A stretch of 64,000 nt of DNA from Thalassobaculaceae bacterium (GTDB lineage: Bacteria; Pseudomonadota; Alphaproteobacteria; Thalassobaculales; Thalassobaculaceae): positions 4,787,566 to 4,851,565 of the forward strand of contig OY729512.2 in assembly GCA_963422445.2 (NCBI GenBank), in the 5' to 3' direction. Below, piece after piece: positions 60,047 to 64,000 of this stretch. Positions within the stretch are counted from its first letter, which is position 1, and the number at the start of each line of letters is the position of its first letter. The notes below the pieces were generated by a model, which had not been told where the DNA came from, made no database searches, and saw only the letters and a program-made list of their open reading frames with translations. The position numbers and the translations under genes were made by a program.

Positions 60047-61078
60047 ATGCCCGTTACCAGCACCCAAGTGCGCCTTGCCGCCCGGCCGGTCGGCGATCCG
60101 AAACCCGGTAATTTCGAGATCGCGACCGTCGAGTTGCCGGAACCCGGCGACGGTGAAATGCTGTGCCGGATCATTTACCAGTCGCTTGATCCCTATATGC
60201 GCGGCCGAATGGACGACTCCAAATCCTATGCCACACCGGTCGCGATCGGGGAGGTCATGGGCGCCGGCACGGTCGCCGAAGTCGTCGTGTCGCGCAATGC
60301 CCGTTTCAGCCCCGGCGACATCGTGAACGCCATGTTCGGCTGGCAAACCCATGTGATCTCCGACGGTGCCGGGGTCCGCAAGGTCAACCCGTCGCTCGCA
60401 CCGATCTCGACCGCGGTCGGCATTCTTGGTATGCCCGGCATGACGGCGTATGTCGGGCTTCTCGATATCGGCGAGCCCAAGGAAGGTGAAACTCTGGTCG
60501 TAGCGGCGGCCTCCGGCGCAGTCGGCTCGATTGTCGGACAGATCGGCCGCATCAGGGGCTGCCGGGTCATCGGTATCGCCGGCTCGAACGAAAAATGCGC
60601 CCATGTAACCGACGAACTCGGGTTCGATGCCTGCCTCAACCATCGCAGCGAAACTCTTGCCGCGGACCTCGAAGCGCTCTGCCCAAAGGGCATCGACGTC
60701 TATTTCGAAAATGTTGGCGGCGCGGTGTTCGACGCGGTCTTTCCTCTACTCAACCCATTCGCACGGATCCCGGTTTGCGGCCTGATCTCGCGCTACAGTC
60801 ATGTCGGCGGTTTTCCCGGGCCCGATCATCTGCCAACCCTGATGCGCTCCATCCTCACCAACCGGCTGAAGATTCAGGGATTCATCATCACTGATCGATG
60901 GAACCGTTTCCCCGATTTCGAAAAAGACGTCAGCGGATGGATTGCGAGCGGCGCGCTGCGGTACCGGGAGGATTTCGTCGACGGACTGGAAAACGCCCCG
61001 GAGGCATTCATGGGATTGTTGAAAGGCCGGAATTTCGGCAAGCTTGTTGTGCGTGTATCTGAAGATCCAACCCAATGA
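60047..61078 (+). CDS. NADP-dependent MDR-family oxidoreductase (YncB/CurA/alkenal reductase-like)
   Basis: VRLAARPVGDPKPGNFE..., AASGAVGSIVGQIGRIRG nucleotide-binding motif. 343 aa. Confidence 0.85.
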   Translation: MPVTSTQVRLAARPVGDPKPGNFEIATVELPEPGDGEMLCRIIYQSLDPYMRGRMDDSKSYATPVAIGEVMGAGTVAEVVVSRNARFSPGDIVNAMFGWQTHVISDGAGVRKVNPSLAPISTAVGILGMPGMTAYVGLLDIGEPKEGETLVVAAASGAVGSIVGQIGRIRGCRVIGIAGSNEKCAHVTDELGFDACLNHRSETLAADLEALCPKGIDVYFENVGGAVFDAVFPLLNPFARIPVCGLISRYSHVGGFPGPDHLPTLMRSILTNRLKIQGFIITDRWNRFPDFEKDVSGWIASGALRYREDFVDGLENAPEAFMGLLKGRNFGKLVVRVSEDPTQ

Positions 61079-61551
61079 CCGAACGAACAGAACCACGGCA
61101 ATTCGATAGCTTCGAGACGCTTCAGGCCGAAATCGGCCAAGAAATCGGCGTCAGCGGGTGGCATGAAGTAAGCCAGGCCCAGATCAACACCTTTGCTGAA
61201 GCAACCGGTGATCATCAATGGATCCATGTCGATGTCGAGCGCTCAAAACGGGAATCGCCATATGGCGCACCGATCGCGCATGGTCACCTCACTCTGTCGC
61301 TGGTCCCACGCCTGATCGCCGATACGCTGGAATATTTGCCACGTAGCGCCGGCATCAATTACGGCCTCGACAAGGTCCGATTCATGGCGCCGGTCAAGGC
61401 CGGCAAGCGGGTTCGCGGCCGGGTCAGCCTGCGCAGCGCCGAACGCACCAATGAGACGACCGTCAAGGTCATGTACCAGACGACGGTCGAAATCGAGGAT
61501 GAGGACAAGCCGGCCTGCGTCGCCGAATCAATCGCGCTCTATCTCGATTGA
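61075..61551 (+). CDS. MaoC-family (R)-hydratase/dehydratase
   Basis: FAEATGDHQWIHVDVERSKRESPYGAPIAHGHLTLSL hot-dog fold motif. 4-nt overlap with the upstream gene. Confidence 0.85.
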   Translation: MTERTEPRQFDSFETLQAEIGQEIGVSGWHEVSQAQINTFAEATGDHQWIHVDVERSKRESPYGAPIAHGHLTLSLVPRLIADTLEYLPRSAGINYGLDKVRFMAPVKAGKRVRGRVSLRSAERTNETTVKVMYQTTVEIEDEDKPACVAESIALYLD

Positions 61552-62348
61552 CGCCTCGTATTAGCGGCACTTTCGGCAAGGGCGGCGATCCCTGCCGCGT
61601 CGGTAATATCTTGCCCAAGCGGCGTCACGGAAATTGCATCGCGGCGTAATGCCGCGATGTCTTCGTCGGGTTCCGGTTTGTCATTCACTTTCTGCATATA
61701 GATCCAGTAGTAGTCAAATCCGCGCAGATCGACCCGGCCTTCGACCGTCGGAACGAGAACCGCGGAATGACCTTGCCGCGTCACCTCGAAACCAGTGATA
61801 CGGTCAGGCTCGGCGGCCGGAACGTTGACGTTCGGCACAAACTCCCAGGGCCAGCAGGCGCTGTCCAGTAATCGGGTGACAATCCAGGGAAGCCAGACCC
61901 GGGACGCCTGCCAGGGAATGTCGTCCCGCAGTCCTTTCCAAGCCTGGCTGAGCGCAATTGCGGGTATTCCAAGACTTTTGGCGGTCATTGCAGCGCCGAC
62001 AGTGCCACTAAAACCAACGTCACCACCAATATTCACACCAGCATTGACCCCGGCGATCACGAGATCAGGGCGGATCCCGGTCAGAACGGCACCAAGACCG
62101 ACAAACACGCAGTCGGCCGGTGACCCGTCGAGCGAGAACCGGCGTTCACCGTGTGTCTGGAGGCGCAATGGTCGGTGCAGATTGATCTGACGCGAACCCC
62201 CACTGTAATCGGTCAACGGTGCGACGGTCCAGACCTCGCGGGCGATACCCGATGCAATGTCCTCCGCAATCACAAGACCCGGTGCATCAATGCCGTCGTC
62301 ATTGGTCACGAGCACCCGGTTCAATCGGGGGCTTGTCTCATTGTTCAT
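61539..62348 (-). CDS. surE: 5'/3'-nucleotidase SurE
   Basis: RVLVTNDDGIDAPGL... GVNAGVNIGGDVGFSGTVGAAM. 269 aa. Confidence 0.92.
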   Translation of the reverse strand: MNNETSPRLNRVLVTNDDGIDAPGLVIAEDIASGIAREVWTVAPLTDYSGGSRQINLHRPLRLQTHGERRFSLDGSPADCVFVGLGAVLTGIRPDLVIAGVNAGVNIGGDVGFSGTVGAAMTAKSLGIPAIALSQAWKGLRDDIPWQASRVWLPWIVTRLLDSACWPWEFVPNVNVPAAEPDRITGFEVTRQGHSAVLVPTVEGRVDLRGFDYYWIYMQKVNDKPEPDEDIAALRRDAISVTPLGQDITDAAGIAALAESAANTRRQSR

Positions 62349-62624
62349 CCGTCTATCCCCTTCCCGGGCCAGGTTGATTGATTCGCCGGCCGGACTGTAA
62401 CCACAATGCTTCCAGAAAGCATCGGCCGGCTGTCTGTCAAAGAATACAACCGATGGATGCTGTCCGCTGTCGAACTCCGTGATTGAGGATACGATGGAAA
62501 ATCTACCGACACTCGGTGACAGTTTGATGTTAATCTTGTGTCTGATTTGCTAAGGTGACACGGAACGTTGCCCGGACTGTCGTCGGCAAACGCCGCGACG
62601 AACGGAGAGGGAGATATTGGTTCA

Positions 62625-63686
62625 ATGAATATGCTCGCAAAATCCACACTGCGTGGCTTGTCCACACTTGCAGCCTGCTGCGTCTTCTCAGCATCGGCCT
62701 TTGGTCAGGTCAACCTCTCGGCGGAAGCGTCGAGCCCGGGCAATTCACCACATCTTTCAATCATTCACATGGCGGAAATCGCCAGTGAGGCTGGTATTGC
62801 CAACCTTCAGGTCCAGGAAGGGCAAACCCTGACAAACTCGGTGAAGAATGTTGCGGAAGGCAAGACCGACATCGCACCGATGCCGATCATACTGGGCTTC
62901 CTGATGAGCAAGGGCCGCGGTCCTTATTCCAAACTGGGTGATGCCGGTGCCGCGCTGGCCGCGAATCTGCGAGCACTCTATCCGTACAATGCCGGCGCCT
63001 TTGGTCTGTTCGCACATGAGAGTGAAAACATCCGCTCCTGGAACGATCTCGCCGGTAAAAGGGTATTCAACGGTCCGCCACGCGGGGCTGCCCTGGTCAA
63101 CGCGCGCCAGGCTATCCAGCTCGCCGCCGGATTGAAGGACGGCAAGGGTTATGATGGCGTTCAGGCCAATTGGGGCCAGCTTGCAACAACTCTTGTTGAC
63201 GGCTCGGTCGATGCCTTCGTCTTGCCTCTCACGTTTCCGTCACAACGTGTGACAATCGCTCTTGCGGCAGGCAAGGTGAACATTGTCTCGACGCCGAAGG
63301 CGGTGTTTGAAAGCGATGCCTTCCAGCGCATCCTCAGGGCACCTGGCAATGTGCCGATCGTGGTCAGGCAAGCCGACATGGGCTACGGGCCGGATCAAGG
63401 TGTGACCCTTGTCTCCGAAGACGGGGTCTTCCGGGGCATGGGAACCGCTTTTGCCGATGTGGTTCACAAGGATATGGATGTGGACCTCGTCAAAGCACTG
63501 ACCGCAGCCTACATCGCCAATATTGACCGGCTGATCGCCCGTGCGCCCTATGTGAAGAATATCGGCGTTGCGGTTCTCGATCCGGGCAAGTCGGGATTTT
63601 GCGGCGCCAATCCGGTGAAGTACCATCCGGGCGCAGTCCTGGCATGGCAGGATGCTGGATATATCGTTCCCGACTGCGTCAGGTAG
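62625..63686 (+). CDS. TAXI-family TRAP transporter solute-binding protein (ORF track starts at 62568)
   Basis: Signal peptide MNMLAKSTLRGLSTLAACCVFSASAFGQ after GAGGGAG. Periplasmic binding-protein-like sequence followed by a permease gene. Family call from memory. Confidence 0.6.
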   Translation: MNMLAKSTLRGLSTLAACCVFSASAFGQVNLSAEASSPGNSPHLSIIHMAEIASEAGIANLQVQEGQTLTNSVKNVAEGKTDIAPMPIILGFLMSKGRGPYSKLGDAGAALAANLRALYPYNAGAFGLFAHESENIRSWNDLAGKRVFNGPPRGAALVNARQAIQLAAGLKDGKGYDGVQANWGQLATTLVDGSVDAFVLPLTFPSQRVTIALAAGKVNIVSTPKAVFESDAFQRILRAPGNVPIVVRQADMGYGPDQGVTLVSEDGVFRGMGTAFADVVHKDMDVDLVKALTAAYIANIDRLIARAPYVKNIGVAVLDPGKSGFCGANPVKYHPGAVLAWQDAGYIVPDCVR

Positions 63687-63734
63687 ACACCCGGCTCATG
63701 CCGGCACGATCGAACAAGCATCGATCCCGCCAGC

Positions 63735-64000
63735 ATGAGTGCGCCACAAGAGATGTCCGCATCAGGTGAAACGGCGCCCGACCCGGCGAGCCGGTTGGCC
63801 TTGGCGCTTGGTTTCGGCCTTGTCATCATCGGGATGACCAACACGCATCCCGCAATTCCAGGGCTTGAGCCGCTGATCCGGACTGTCCTCGGGGCGGACA
63901 ATCTGGTTATTCGCAAATTCTCCTACGAATACCTATTCCCGTTCTGCTTCGTTATCATGATGACGATCGTGGCATTGCGGCACTCTTTTGTCCGCGCGTT
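63735..64000 (+). CDS. Probable TRAP transporter fused permease, 5' part (runs off the window end)
   Basis: Frame open from the ATG at 63735 to the window end. Hydrophobic stretches LALALGFGLVIIGM and YLFPFCFVIMMTIVAL. Not in the ORF track because there is no stop. Confidence 0.45.
   Translation, partial: MSAPQEMSASGETAPDPASRLALALGFGLVIIGMTNTHPAIPGLEPLIRTVLGADNLVIRKFSYEYLFPFCFVIMMTIVALRHSFVRA

Overview
GC-rich chromosomal segment that looks alphaproteobacterial (my judgement from gene order and protein sequences; no search was run). The housekeeping backbone is: nuoL-nuoA on the minus strand (1-11167), tRNA-Asp, tRNA-Val, hupB, lon, clpX, clpP, tig, tRNA-Leu, malonyl-CoA decarboxylase, nnr, tRNA-His, an aminotransferase, ferredoxin plus P450, a second aminotransferase, glnB-glnA, a thrC-like PLP enzyme, parE, a cyclase, an SDR, a five-gene membrane redox module, an MDR oxidoreductase, a MaoC dehydratase, surE and a TAXI-TRAP transporter. 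This backbone is heavily colonised by insertion sequences. There are five IS630-family copies, two of them near-identical. There are also two IS4/IS5-superfamily copies, two IS1595 copies, one IS427-like element and one 111-bp MITE-like element. Decayed remnants of IS66, ISBst12-like, ISAs1/DUF4338, ISNCY-like, IS5 and IS1595-like elements are present as well. Three junkyard regions (11.36-22.1 kb, 22.6-26.5 kb, 40.2-45.75 kb) and a fourth at 52.6-55.75 kb hold most of this. I saw no CRISPR array, rRNA, integrase or prophage. The most interesting items are: (1) a translationally coupled membrane module at 57.6-60.0 kb built around a ferric-reductase-like 6-TM domain fused to a Rieske domain, with uncharacterised partners; (2) a perfect MITE-like element with 25-bp TIRs and an 8-bp TSD; (3) strict CTAG targeting by IS630, which regenerates CTAG hotspots and explains a nested IS pile that can be unpeeled base by base; (4) two IS1595 copies that share identical inactivating frameshifts yet each carry a clean 8-bp TSD. 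All coordinates were derived by hand from the printed sequence. Family assignments come from remembered motifs, not database searches.
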